Part shown: piece after piece, positions 13,001 to 24,766 of the stretch
Numbering within the stretch: position 1 is the first letter of the stretch
Layout of the letters: every line of letters begins with the position of its first letter
Source of the DNA: Balanoglossus misakiensis
Taxonomy: Eukaryota > Animalia > Hemichordata
Assembly: GCA_040954595.2 (NCBI GenBank)
Contig: CM082580.2
Coordinates: 5,384,783 to 5,448,782, forward strand
Length of the DNA: 64,000 nt
Direction: 5' to 3'
Translations under genes and position numbers: made by a program
The notes under the pieces: generated by a model
The model's database searches: none
Told to the model about the DNA's origin: nothing
The model's input: the letters and a program-made list of their open reading frames with translations, nothing else

Positions 13001-15536
13001 GGAGTCAGCGTTTTTCTTTTTAATTTTCCGGAGATTTAAAATTGGACTCAGTAATTCCAGTCAAGGTCTTGCCGAACGTGCTCACTCGTTGTCTATGGAT
13101 TGCAAATTTTAATCCCCTTTTTCGCATTTAAAAACTTAGCGTGATAAATAACAGTTCTCTGCCAAACACAGCGAATTGATTCTTGTTTCATAATGATAAA
13201 TTTGTTTATAGAGTAGAATAAGAAACTACAGTTGACACCCGGAACATAAATGCTGAGAATATAGCTCAAAGTTTGAGTTACTGGGCCTTTAACTAGTACG
13301 ATGATGTGACATGCATCTAATCAAAAATCGTCAACCGGCACGATTTCATTCATTACTTTCGCGCCAAATAAGTAAATGTGGGTGTAGTTCACCGTGTGAT
13401 GTGTGTATGGAGGGGGCAGGGGGTTCAACACATTGCTTCTTATTTTATCTCGTCCGAATTCAGAGATGCGATTCGCGCATGTTGTAAGTTCTCAGAAAAC
13501 TGAGAGCTACATAGCGTTTCTATTTTCAGAATATTTGCAGAGATGAAGTGTGTCCCCTCACCCCCCCCCCCTCTCCCGGTTTCCCCACACTCGCCAACAG
13601 CAAAATCATTATCGCCATTTTGTTGTGCCGTGCTGTTGCTGTTCTACTTTGCAGGAAGGCGATGCCTTACACCTCTTGATGTACACCGAATTTCCAACAC
13701 CACCGACAGGTTTTTCACACCGCTCGCAGGCATACCCGACGAAATTATACTACGATGACGCAAGCGTGCTCCGTGGCGCGTAAATTATTTCTTAATTGCG
13801 CGATCGTTTTCTTCGGCTGGATCGCGTATCGCGCGCGTCACCCCATTATGCCGCGACATCACTTTTCGCGCATCGCTATGTCCATGATAAAAAAAATTAC
13901 AGGAAACCCACCGTCGTGGGCCGTAAACCCGTGTTTTCAGCGGAACCCACGCTGCGAGAACTGTTATGCATTGCGGCAGAAGCGGTGCCTCTGTGTTGCT
14001 GCCCATCCGTACTTTTCGCCGAGTCCGACTGCAGGTTGCTACAAAATCGACGACAGAAAGTGCATTTTGCGTTTTGGCGCCAATTGCGTTTTCCGAGTTG
14101 AATTGAAATACAGAACAAATTGAGTTTTTAAGTTGAAATGACATACAGGAATTTCAAAATGCATTTTGCGCACCGCGATTACACTAAATTACTTCTCGTA
14201 TTATGCAGATGTAATTACCTTAAACCAGCTCTGCTTCGGCGCACGATTCAACAAAATTAAAGCGAGAAATATCGCAATGAATTTGAATAATCGCGTACCG
14301 TGTTCTGCTATACTAACACGCATTACGAAAGAAAATTGCCCCGAATTAACAGGATGAAACGAAACCTGTCCTGTCAACGTCGCAATACCGTTCAAAAGAA
14401 GGAAAAAGCCACCAAGAAGCCAGTGTGCCATTTCAGTATTAACTAATCCCAGCGTGAAGTAGCAATTTCTTGTGTTATATATGCTCTATACGACGTGGTC
14501 AGAATCGGCAATTTTACTTTTAGAACAAGCCGGCGCATAACGCACGTTGATTATGTATATACGAAGTAACCGAGTGGATTTACTATCAAATAAGTGATCT
14601 TGCACAAACCACTACGCTACAGTACAGGATTATTAGCTGGTCTGATATTGTTGATGGATAGTGAAACGTCGTCAGTTACTAAAGATTAGTTTCTTCCGGT
14701 ATCTTCCCGTTCATTTCCAGGAGTTTGCTGCCTGCCTGTGCTTTAGAGTACCAAGGTTTTTTTTGTACAAACAATATTTCGGTTATACGCTGTTGTATTC
14801 GGTAAACATAATAAGTTCCTTAACACCTTTATTGGGAAAACATGTAAATATGCAGTTTATGAAAATTGCTAACAACCAACATTGTTTGAAACAAACATGT
14901 TTACTGACTGGAGTCAGCTCGTTAACAAAAATCTGCGAAAGCAAATTATTATTCACAATAAGAAATTCGCGTACAATTACTTACAATGTAGAAAGAGCTC
15001 TCAAAATACATTATAATTGACGTTTCCAACATAGGTTTCGTATCTAACTACATACACAAATACATACCTATGTACACATCTATTAACTTTCAACTCAAAT
15101 TTTACTAAGTTACGGGCAAATACAATTTTGATCAAATATGCTGAATTTGCCCCCCCCCCAGGACATTCCTAGGAACCTGCAAACAAAATTTCAAAACAAT
15201 TAGAGACTCATTTTTGACAATAAAGAGTTTTTGACCTAAAATGGCATACACCCCCCCCCCCCACAAATGCTACAAAATTGTGACTCATCCAGCACCAATA
15301 ACAAGTTAAGAAGCAGTTTATCTTCATTTATATATAATAGTCTGATTAAAAAGATAATAGGCGGTAATATCTCGGTTACTGATCTAGTCATTATGCCCCC
15401 CCCCCCCTCTCTCTCTATCTCCACAAAGCAAAGTTTACTGCCATCTACTAAAGTAAATATGATAACAAAAGTTATGACAATCGAGGAGTTCTAGTCGTAC
15501 AAGAATTTCAATTTATGTGCGCAGTTCTATACTTAC

Positions 15537-16826
15537 TCAGCAGTTCGTTTCGTCAGAACCATCTGGGCAATTAATTGGACCATCGCAAACTGCCTGATCA
15601 GAAATACAAGGTCCAGTTCCAGAACACAAATAGCCCGGGCATATATCAGCTGCAAAAGACATACAACATACTATCAACACAGTATTCCCGGAAAGGGTTG
15701 TACCGGAAGTGAAGACACACAGACACGCGTACACACATGCAGACGCACGCACGCGCACACTCACCCAACACGTGTTTAAAGGCATACGGTCACTTCCAAT
15801 TTACATACGCCCATATACGGCTGAAATGGCTACTTGAGAGTTCTAACGAGCCTATGGTGGGGATCTTTTTTCGCGTGCGCCAGCCACTGAAAATCCGCGA
15901 TTGGCTAGATCTCAAGTAACCATAGTAAATGTAGCTAAATTTCCATGGGTGACCGTATACTTTTAACACGAATGTGCTACTTCACTGACGGAATGGCTGG
16001 CTGGCCAAACTGTTTACAGCTTACAACAGGCGAAGTAAAAATCTACCACAACAGTGATATGAGTCCGACATTTTTTGTACGTCAAACAAGAAAACAGAAT
16101 GACTGGCTGATGGTGAGCACGTGGCCGGGAAGGTTTGACTTTAGGTCCTGAAACTTGATACCTACCACAGTTCTGTTCATCGTCCCCATCCGGGCAGAAA
16201 ACGTTACCATCACAGATAAACTCTATAAAAGGCAAGCATGTACCAGAAGCACATCTGTAACCACCGCAAGGACCTGCACAGCATGAATGGATGGATCCAA
16301 ATCAGTCCTTACAATACGATTCTATAGACATATAAAGAATTCTCCAGAATTGCCATTGACATTTTTAGAACTTCTATGGACATCTATTGGAGGTCTCTGT
16401 AATTTTGACCCATTTTCTATGGAAATGTCACAAACCATAGAGTGCTATTGAATGCTATCGAACATTTTGTAAGGTAAATACCCCCCCCCCCCCGAACAAT
16501 CGCCATTCCATTTTGTGTTTCTCGCAGATCGCACGACAAATACCCTTGTGTACTGCATCTATGGCATTCGGCAACCTACATAGTATACTTTTGGCGCGAA
16601 AGCATCCACTGGTAATCGCTACAATGAGACTCACATTTCTGTTCGTCTGAGTCGTCAGGGCAGTCAAGGTAGTTGTCACATCTCCAGTCATGGCGAATGC
16701 AGTGACCCGTACTCACACACATAAACGAAGGATAACAGGGAGTAATGGATATCACTAGAGACAGAAAATGTACTTATTAATAATGCACATAATCTTTAAC
16801 CCTATTGTATGAGTGCATATGTGTGC

Positions 16827-16857
<31 letters not shown>

Positions 16858-19800
16858 TGTATGTATGTATGTATGTATGTATGTATGTATGTATGTATGT
16901 ATGTATGTATGTATGTATGTATGTATGTATGTATGTATGTATGTATGTATGTATGTATGTATGTATGTATGTATGTATGTATGTATGTATGTATGTATGT
17001 ATGTATGTATGTATGTATGTATGTATGTATGTATGTATGTACGTATGTCGTGCGCACGAGATAGTTTCTCGTGCGCACGACTTAGTATCTCGTGCTCACG
17101 AGATAGTTTAGAAAGCTTAGAAAGGAGTAAGAATTAATTAATTTCACAATAAATTAAAGTTGTTCAGATTTGTACATTCATAGTAATCATATTTAGGCTA
17201 ACGTAGGCTATACTTGAAATGTTTCCTTAAAACCTGTCTTTAGTGGCCAGTCAAGGGACTTGATTTTTTAGACAGATGGTCTTTACAGACAGGTCGATTA
17301 ATGCAAAAGTTAAATACACTAGAACGGTAACAAAATGACCACTATATAGAGGTGGCCACTAACACAAGTTTGAATGTGGTTTTAAAAATCAGCCGATAGC
17401 TATTGACTTACAGTAGCAGTCTGACTCGTCCTCTCCGTCTGGACAATCATTCACTGCGTCACAAAACTTGTCGGGCGGAAGGCATGACCCATCACTACAT
17501 GCATAATCCGGGTAACAGGGACCTGGGTATGAAGAATTGTGACGTGTCACTCTCATTGTAGCAAACGCCAGTAAAAACAAATGATAAAGACTTGTCTCTT
17601 CAAAATGAACCTGTCAACCCTTGCATTGAAAATTTAAAAAAAAAATAAGAAATCTCACAGTGTGCTTCGTCACTTTTGTCCCCGCAGTCATCGTAAAAAT
17701 CGCATTCTCGATCACGTGGTATACAGTTTCCATTGTCGCATGTATAATCGGAGTCGCAGGACGCTGAAAAAAAGGGTTTCGCAGAATGAAAACTCCGATT
17801 GCCCAATGAGAAAGACTAACAACGACGCTCTTGTTCAACGCACTTTCTTCAAAAATACTCTGCTCATTATCTATTAACTAATTGATCAGTTAATTAATTT
17901 AAGTACAAATGTACGTCAAAGAGGAAACAAACCATGTAAACGCACCTGTATACTGACATACGTATCTCAATGAAGCATCATTGCAAATGACGTCGTTCCA
18001 CCCAGATTGACTGAACAGATAAAAACTTTATATTAATTTTTAGAATTGCGATTTTTCGCTCTTTCTCTATTCAAAGTATTCCATTTATTCATGGTCACTG
18101 CCGGTTACTCCCATGACCCCTATGTGACCTTACATCCTTACACTTCCGTTGTTGGTATGTGTTGTTTAATTATACAATTTTGGGACAAGAAACGTGTAAA
18201 TTGAAAGGGAGTCACTACTGCGATTCAGTACATATATATTTTTTAAACTACAGCTGCAATTATGCATTTTTTTTAAGAGGTTATAGTCAATCTGATTGAT
18301 TCATACCGAGAGACGTACGAGGATGTAAGGTCATGAAAGTTTTTCACGTCGCTGCAGTCTCGGTTACCCAGACGCCTTTGCTCTTCCGCTGCTCTCCAGA
18401 AAAGCAAAGGCGTCTGGGTAACCGGAGACTACGTCGCTGTGGAACTCACGAAAGCATCGCACAATCCTCAATGCCCCAGGCATTGTTTGGTTCTCCGCTA
18501 CTCCAGAAGTCCAGGGTCAAAGGGCTTCCATCCTCATATACCCATTCACCTTCTTGGGCTTCATCGGAAGCACCAAACCAATATCCGCCTGCATATGTGA
18601 GGAGTGCATTATGGGAGAACGGTCTATGTTGCCATGGTGCATGTCATTTCCAACAACCTAAACACGCGTTGTGATTCTTTACTATCAATCACGTAATCTG
18701 GTCATGTGAACCGCGGCTTTGCCATCTACAGGTGACGGGGAAACAATATTTCGGCTTCCAGTAAAAGTTTTTTCTGGGTATTTTTATACTATAGAACCGC
18801 CAGACACGTATCATGTGTCACGGATGGTGTCTCATCAGCCTCACGGCGTTTCGTATATGGCCTAAGGGCGTGTCTATGTCCCTGAATGACTACCCGGTGG
18901 GCCGCCCACTGAAAATCTGTAATTGACCATCTAAAGTTGCCATGGTAAGTGTGGCTAAATTTGCATGGGTGACAGTGTACCTTTAATGAAACTAGCCCGG
19001 AACTATATATTTTTAAATACCTTCTATCCTATTTCTCCAGAATTCGTATGTAAATCTGGAGTATTCGTATTCAGACTTGAATGTTGCCAAAGTACCACCT
19101 TGAGATGCACAGTCTGCGGCTGCGTCATACCACGAACGTTCATTGTCAGAGAAACTGTATTTGTATGTATCTAAAACATTCAAAGAAAAATCATTTTGTT
19201 AGAAACATGTCTGAAGGTAGTGTGCGCCTCGAAAGTCTGTTTGTCATATGTTGCTCAGGGCAACTCATTATTTGACATTGCGAACTTTCATACCCTTAAA
19301 GGAGACCCAACAAAACTGAGGCCTTCGTGTAACAAGGCAAATTCAATGTCCCATATAACAATTGTAATACATGTATAACAATTCATATTTATTATTATTA
19401 TAGGCAAAAATACAATAGAACACAAAAAAGCAACCTACTTCGGCACGTTTCCAAGTCTTGCCCGAATGTCGCACAGATGAAACGGTAGTTCTTTCCGTTG
19501 TCTGCGCCAAACCAAAACCAGTTTGCTCCCGCGGCGGGTTTAATGGCCAAACAAATCATGTCGTAGTCGTCACAAGTCGACTGCGATAAATTCAACGTCA
19601 CCTGCCCGTCCGTTACCACGACTGTCGTCGACGGTCCGACGCTTTGCTCATCGGTGTCCGTTGCTATGGCAGCATCGACATCAGTGAGCTGTGGGGCTGC
19701 CCCGTCCGGATTGAAAGGGTCACTTCTGCTCATCGTGGCGGTGATGCGGAATAGATCGTGCAGGTAGCCTCTGAGTTTACCCGTGTTCACATCACCTATC

Positions 19801-22800
19801 TCCAGGGTAAATGTGAAATTGAACGTGCGAGAAATCCCCATGGTGATATTAAAATTGTGAGTCATATTGCTGACTGTTGTAGACTGCAAATCAATGGCAA
19901 CTGAAAAAAAGGGAGAATGCAAAACCTTACTGATGCGAAATTCAGTTTATTGACTTTCAGAGTGAGATATAAATGGACTCTTTCAATGGACTCTCTCAAA
20001 CTACAATTGGTGTCTAGCAACATATGAGAGACATAAGGAGAGAGGGGGAGAGATATATAGACAGGCAGGCAGACAGACAGACAGACAGACAGACAGAGGG
20101 GAGAGAGACAGAGAAAGACAGCGAGAGAGTGAGCGAGGAGAAAGAGAGAGAGAGAGAAATACATAGACAGAGAGATGGGCGATATCATTGTGCATATAAT
20201 TTGCCAATATTGACTACCTTTACATTCGTCGAAGGGAACACATGCAGTGGAACTATCCTCGTCACTCCAAACCCAGTTACTCCCCAGAGCCGGTGCCACA
20301 TCCACGCATGCGTAGCCGTATTCGTGACATCCGAGGTTGAAGAGATCGTAGTCCGAATACACGACGCTCATGTCTCCAGTTGAACAGTGCGCACAGACTT
20401 GAACATGGCTATCCAACGTCGTGGGCCCATTTGGTAGTTTCGCGAATCTATTGGTATTTGTTGGCGCGTTGTATTTCATGTAGGGCGACCCGCCGATTTC
20501 GTCGTTCGCTATATAGGCTTTGAAATTGAAAAGCGCGCCCGTGGTGCCCGCAAACGCCCCCGTGTCTCCATCCGCGTCAATATGGACCTCTAATTGAAAA
20601 GTGACCGGTAAGCCCATGTTTACGGCAATGGATTGGTTATTCCCCTTGGCTAGGCTAATCCTCCCGCTCAGCTGATCTGAAATGCGAACACAGAGGATGC
20701 ATTATTGTACTGGTTTTGAAACGCAAAATAACAAATATTACAACGGCTTAAACGCGAAGGCTTTAGGCCTATCGTTGCTCTGAGCCGGGATCAAGATTCG
20801 GGGAGACTATAATCTTATCCCATTGAACACCACGTACAGTAAATATACCCGTTAGGATGTCGGGAACTTTTTGTCACTTTAATTCAGGGATTTACACGTA
20901 ATGCGTGCACATGTATGTACATGTACAGCGCTTGATTGAACGTTAAAGCATTTCTTTCCAGATCTCTTTTCAGCAGATATAACTTGCAAGATGTAGCCAT
21001 AGATACTGAGGATGTAGCTGACCGTGGATTTTCGCATTCGGGATGCGTGAAGAGAATCTACACTTAAAGCTTTTCATGAATAAATTTGTGGAAATGTCTT
21101 GTCGTAGATTAATGTTCAATTGTCAAAAATTCTAGGTTTCACATAATTTTAAACTTGTCTAATAAGAATCCAAAGATTCAATCTTGTACGTACGTCGGCA
21201 TGTTGGTATCAGAGCACAGGCGATTGAAACGCTGTCGTCTGATGGAAACCACTGATTGGCGTCCGCTGCTGGTAGTAACTCGTAACAGACATGAGAGTAA
21301 ACGTCACAGCTCATGTTGCTGGTGTCCAAGTCACCCGCAACACCTTGGATGACCACCTCGCTGTCCGGTCGCACTGTCGACACCTCAGTACCCAGTAAGG
21401 AAGTCTCCACCTTCTGCGAGGCTCCAAGTCCAGATTGGTCACTGGCAAGGAAGGCGTACACGTTGAATATGGCGGCCATGTTGTCGGTTATGCTCGCCGT
21501 GTTTGGACCAGTGAGGACGACGATGCTTTCCTCCACCTTGACAACCGTCCCCATGGTAACGTTGTATTCAGTTGGAACTGTGATTTCTCGTATAGTCACC
21601 ATACCTGTATACCAATATTAGACAGTATCCGTTTTTATTCGTTAGATAGCTTGGGACATTGCGAGATTAAATGTGATGATGAGACGATACACGAGACTGC
21701 ATGAATTATCTTCAGTTTTAATTAAACTCGGATTTTTGATTTATTGGGAGGAAAGTTTTGTTGAGAAACGGTGTGAGAAACTGTGTAAGAAATTGGGGGA
21801 CCTATAAATCGTTGGGCCATTTTATAAGGGACTTTGAAGCAGTGATGTTCTGGAATATTCAGTATCATGCTGGGCGAAAAAAAATATTTCATGATGTTGT
21901 AGCAAAAATGTGCAACATGTCATTTGGCGAACGTGTGCAGACGGGGAGGGGGGGTGAGGCATTCGGATGAACTTACTTTTACAGCTTTGAATTGGTACGC
22001 AAACTGTCTCCTTCGCATCATAGCCCAACTGCTCACTCTCGGAAGTGGGGGATATATCCAGACAGAGGCTGTTCCCGCCACAGGACAACCCCCTCAGATC
22101 AAGCCTGGCATGGACGCCGTGAATGGTCACTGCTGTCGTCTCTGCAGCCAAGGGTACGTCGACACTGGGTACTACTGCGGTGGCCATCATCCCCTGTCGA
22201 GATCCCTGCGAGTCCCGGATGTAAGCCTCCATTTTGAATAAATTATCAGCCTGCGCGGAAATGACGCCGGCACCATTGGTGGCTACGTGCATAGTGACGT
22301 CAAGTGTCAGGTCTTGCAGGGATCCCATGATGATTGAGAAATCGCCACCGCCGGAGGTTGTAAATGAAGATTCGCCCCGGGAAGTGGTCTGACCAGGGTC
22401 CAAGGTGGAGTCTCCTTGTCTTCCGTAAACTAGAAATAGATAAATGTTAATTAAACATGTATGAGAGAAAATTCTTTCGATTTCTCACAAAGTGTAATAT
22501 TGAGAGTAAAAAAGTGAAAATTCTGAACTTGAAACACAACAAGTAGCATTGTGGGGCTTTCGCGAGTTTTCGAATGTTTGTATAACTCTTTGAAAAGAAA
22601 AATCGCTGTGATACGTTTGGTGTACGCTATAACAGATACTGATAGCAACGTGTATGCACGCGGAGATGGTTAAAATCGACAAACATCAGTACGTTGCGTT
22701 GCGTTACTGCCTATCGTTATATACATGTAAATCTTGACACTTTTCAATATATCTCTATTTCGCTGGCGTATAAGCGGGTTTTGCGTTGGCTTTTATCGAA

Positions 22801-23483
22801 TCACACAGACAGAGTGCATGTATAACATATATTGTGCGATCAATCTGGTAATATCGTGATATACTTTCGACACATCTATCTTTTTCCAGATATGCCAACA
22901 GAAGGCGTACAAACGATATTTTTGCTAGTTAGACAGTTGCAACAAATAGTTACATGATATAGTGATTGCTTCCGATTCAATGAACAATGTACATGTACTC
23001 ACTAAGATAGAGCGTTCCTGCTATACACGGTATGGCGACTAACACGGCGATCATGAACACTATGGCCACGCGTCTCTTTAAACGAGTCAAGTCTTCCCTT
23101 CGCCTTTTTTCATGCGGCTGGAAGTTAATTGGAGAAAATATCCAGATTTACTTTCAAAATGGTGAGAGAAAGCAGGAGCGCGCGCGAAAGAGGGAGAGAC
23201 AGGGGAGTGAGGGAGGGAGAGGGAGGGAGGGAGAGAGAGAGAGGGGGTGGGAAAGGGGAGTCATTCAATCTTTGCTTCGAAGAATTTTGCATATTAGACC
23301 ATACAAACTCCTCGTCCGTCACTTAGCTTCAATGTACAAATTAATGACCGAACAATAAAATCGATCACGCATCACAAGTCACCAAAAGTGCTGGGTTAAT
23401 AAAAAAGAAAAATAAAGTTTGAAAAGACAATACATCTTTAAAGCTCGTCTTACCCTTTCCTGAATTGGCGCTACCTTATTCAT
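15537..23483 (-). CDS. Type II transmembrane mosaic protein (~946 aa): short cytoplasmic N-terminus, signal-anchor TM, 4 copies of an unassigned ~140-150 aa domain, C-type lectin domain, 5 LDL-receptor class A repeats
   Basis: 14 coding exons, all with GT/AG boundaries and a continuous frame: 23483-23454 ([10 protein letters not shown]), 23117-23003 (basic KRRR..KRR then [24 protein letters not shown]), 22429-21977, 21604-21194, 20676-20218, 19900-19439 (four related domains), 19170-19021, 18588-18450, 18010-17946 (CTLD: [25 protein letters not shown]), 17763-17659, 17522-17412, 16754-16635, 16273-16166, 15649-15537 (LDLa: C..C.(D/G)..DE..C, ending in TGA). Total 2841 nt. Confidence 0.85.
15776..15966. 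mobile_element. ~190-bp MITE with terminal inverted repeats flanked by TTAA (Kolobok-like termini)
   Basis: TTAAAGGCATACGGTCAC ... GTGACCGTATACTTTTAA. A related full copy in the opposite orientation lies at 50266-50461 and a partial copy at ~18907-18986. Confidence 0.7.
16828..17046. repeat. (TATG)n microsatellite (intronic)
   Basis: Near-perfect run of TATG. Confidence 0.97.
17049..17109. repeat. Short ~20-bp tandem repeat built on the palindrome TCGTGCGCACGA (3 copies)
   Basis: tcgtgcgcacgagatagtttc-tcgtgcgcacgacttagtatc-tcgtgctcacgagatagttt, directly after the TATG run. Confidence 0.7.
17228..17377. mobile_element. Degenerate Tc1/mariner(pogo)-type MITE
   Basis: AAACCTGTCTTTAGTGGCCA ... 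TGGCCACTAACACAAGTTT inverted termini. Shares internal motifs (gacaggt, ggccact) with the copies at 46129-46253 and 52875-53026. Confidence 0.55.
18356..18430. repeat. 75-bp near-perfect palindrome (hairpin-type short element) in an intron
   Basis: AGTCTC-GGTTACCCAGACGCCTTTGCT ... AGCAAAGGCGTCTGGGTAACC-GGAGACT: a perfect 21-bp stem extended by a further 6 bp. Confidence 0.8.
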
Positions 23484-23655
23484 ATTCTCGGTGTGAGTTC
23501 AAAAATGGCAAAAATCGTATCTGATCGATGTGGCTTGGCGGTTGTAATATCACTTTTGATTCCAGCAGCGAATGATCTGTTACTGCGTTAGGCCTTTTTC
23601 TTCCCCTCTCGAATCATAATCTAGCGAAAACTAACTCCCCGTGCTGAAGGAGCAC

Positions 23656-23663
23656 TTTATATA
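23656..23663 (-). promoter_or_regulatory. Putative TATA box of the type II lectin/LDLa gene
   Basis: TATATAAA on the - strand, ~170 nt upstream of the predicted ATG at 23483. Confidence 0.45.
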
Positions 23664-24682
23664 GAATTGATGAAAGAAAGGGATTTGCTGTGCTTACAAA
23701 TATGGACGTCAGCCTCTTTCATTGCAAAGTCTTGGAAGAGCCAGAGGTGCTAAGATTAATAGTTAAATGCACCTTCGGAACAAATCAGATATTATTGTTT
23801 ACTTCATACATGTTAACATGTCGACACAGTGATTATTCCTTCGTGATACTAGTACCCACAAAGGCTTGAAGGTGTACTTAAAGAAGTACTAAAGAAATGG
23901 AATTTGTGGGCGCGTTTTTGCAGCCACACACGTACACTGGCTTCTGCGTACTTTTGTTGATGTGGTGTTGTTTTTGCCTGCGTGTATATACGCGAGCAGC
24001 CCATTATGCAACTCATCTTGCTTGTGATGATTATGTGTGGGACATCAACGGTAAACGGCGAATTTGACCGTTATATGTGAAATCGACGTTGAAATTAACC
24101 ACGGGGATCAAATTGTGCTCGGGGCAACCGTGTTATCAATATGTGCATGTACAGTTACCATAATATAGACATATAAACAGTATAACATGTATAGCCAGTC
24201 AGCGATGGTTGACTGGCGTTTCCATGTGAACAATAAATTGTTGTTGGCCAGAAGGTGCGTGACAAGGTTACACAGAAGAAAGTGGTTCATAGTAGAAGCC
24301 TACACTTCACAAAGAAAATCAATTTGTACAATGAACTTGTACTTGCTGTAAAACATCAGGATATCAGCCGTGATCTTGCATTTTCATGGCTACGGGTGGT
24401 CACTTTGTCAAATCCGTCCGTTGAATTGTAGACAAGAAGCAACAACACTGGCCATGTGCAATCCTCATAAGACCCCCACCTCAAGGGGCCAAGGGATTTA
24501 CATCCAGCCTGGTAGATTTAACAGTATTAAAACTGTTTACAGGACCTACCACAAAATCCCCTTGGTGATGTAAATGGTTTGAAGATCTAAACGTTTGTAA
24601 AGACAGTCACAGTGGACAGTCAACGTATATTAATAAGAGCTGGGTTTCTTTTGTCTGCGACACTCGCTCCATGTTTTTATAT

Positions 24683-24766
24683 GTCAGGATGGCCGAGCGG
24701 TCTAAGGCGCTGCGTTCAGGTCGCAGTCTACGCTTGTAGGCGTGGGTTCGAATCCCACTTCTGACA
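24683..24766 (+). tRNA. tRNA-Leu (anticodon CAG)
   Basis: GTCAGGA acceptor arm pairs with TCTGAC-A. D-arm/A-box TGGCCGAGCGG. Anticodon stem CTGCG-TT[CAG]GT-CGCAG. Long variable arm. T-loop GGTTCGAATCC. TTTT terminator a few nt downstream. Confidence 0.96.

Noticed and set aside
16755-17137. ORFs encoding (YVCM)n / (HTYI)n
   Set aside because: Translations of the TATG microsatellite. The same applies to 38541-39146 (except its first 17 codons, which are the real lectin signal peptide) and to the CT/GACA-derived ORFs at 33281-34726.
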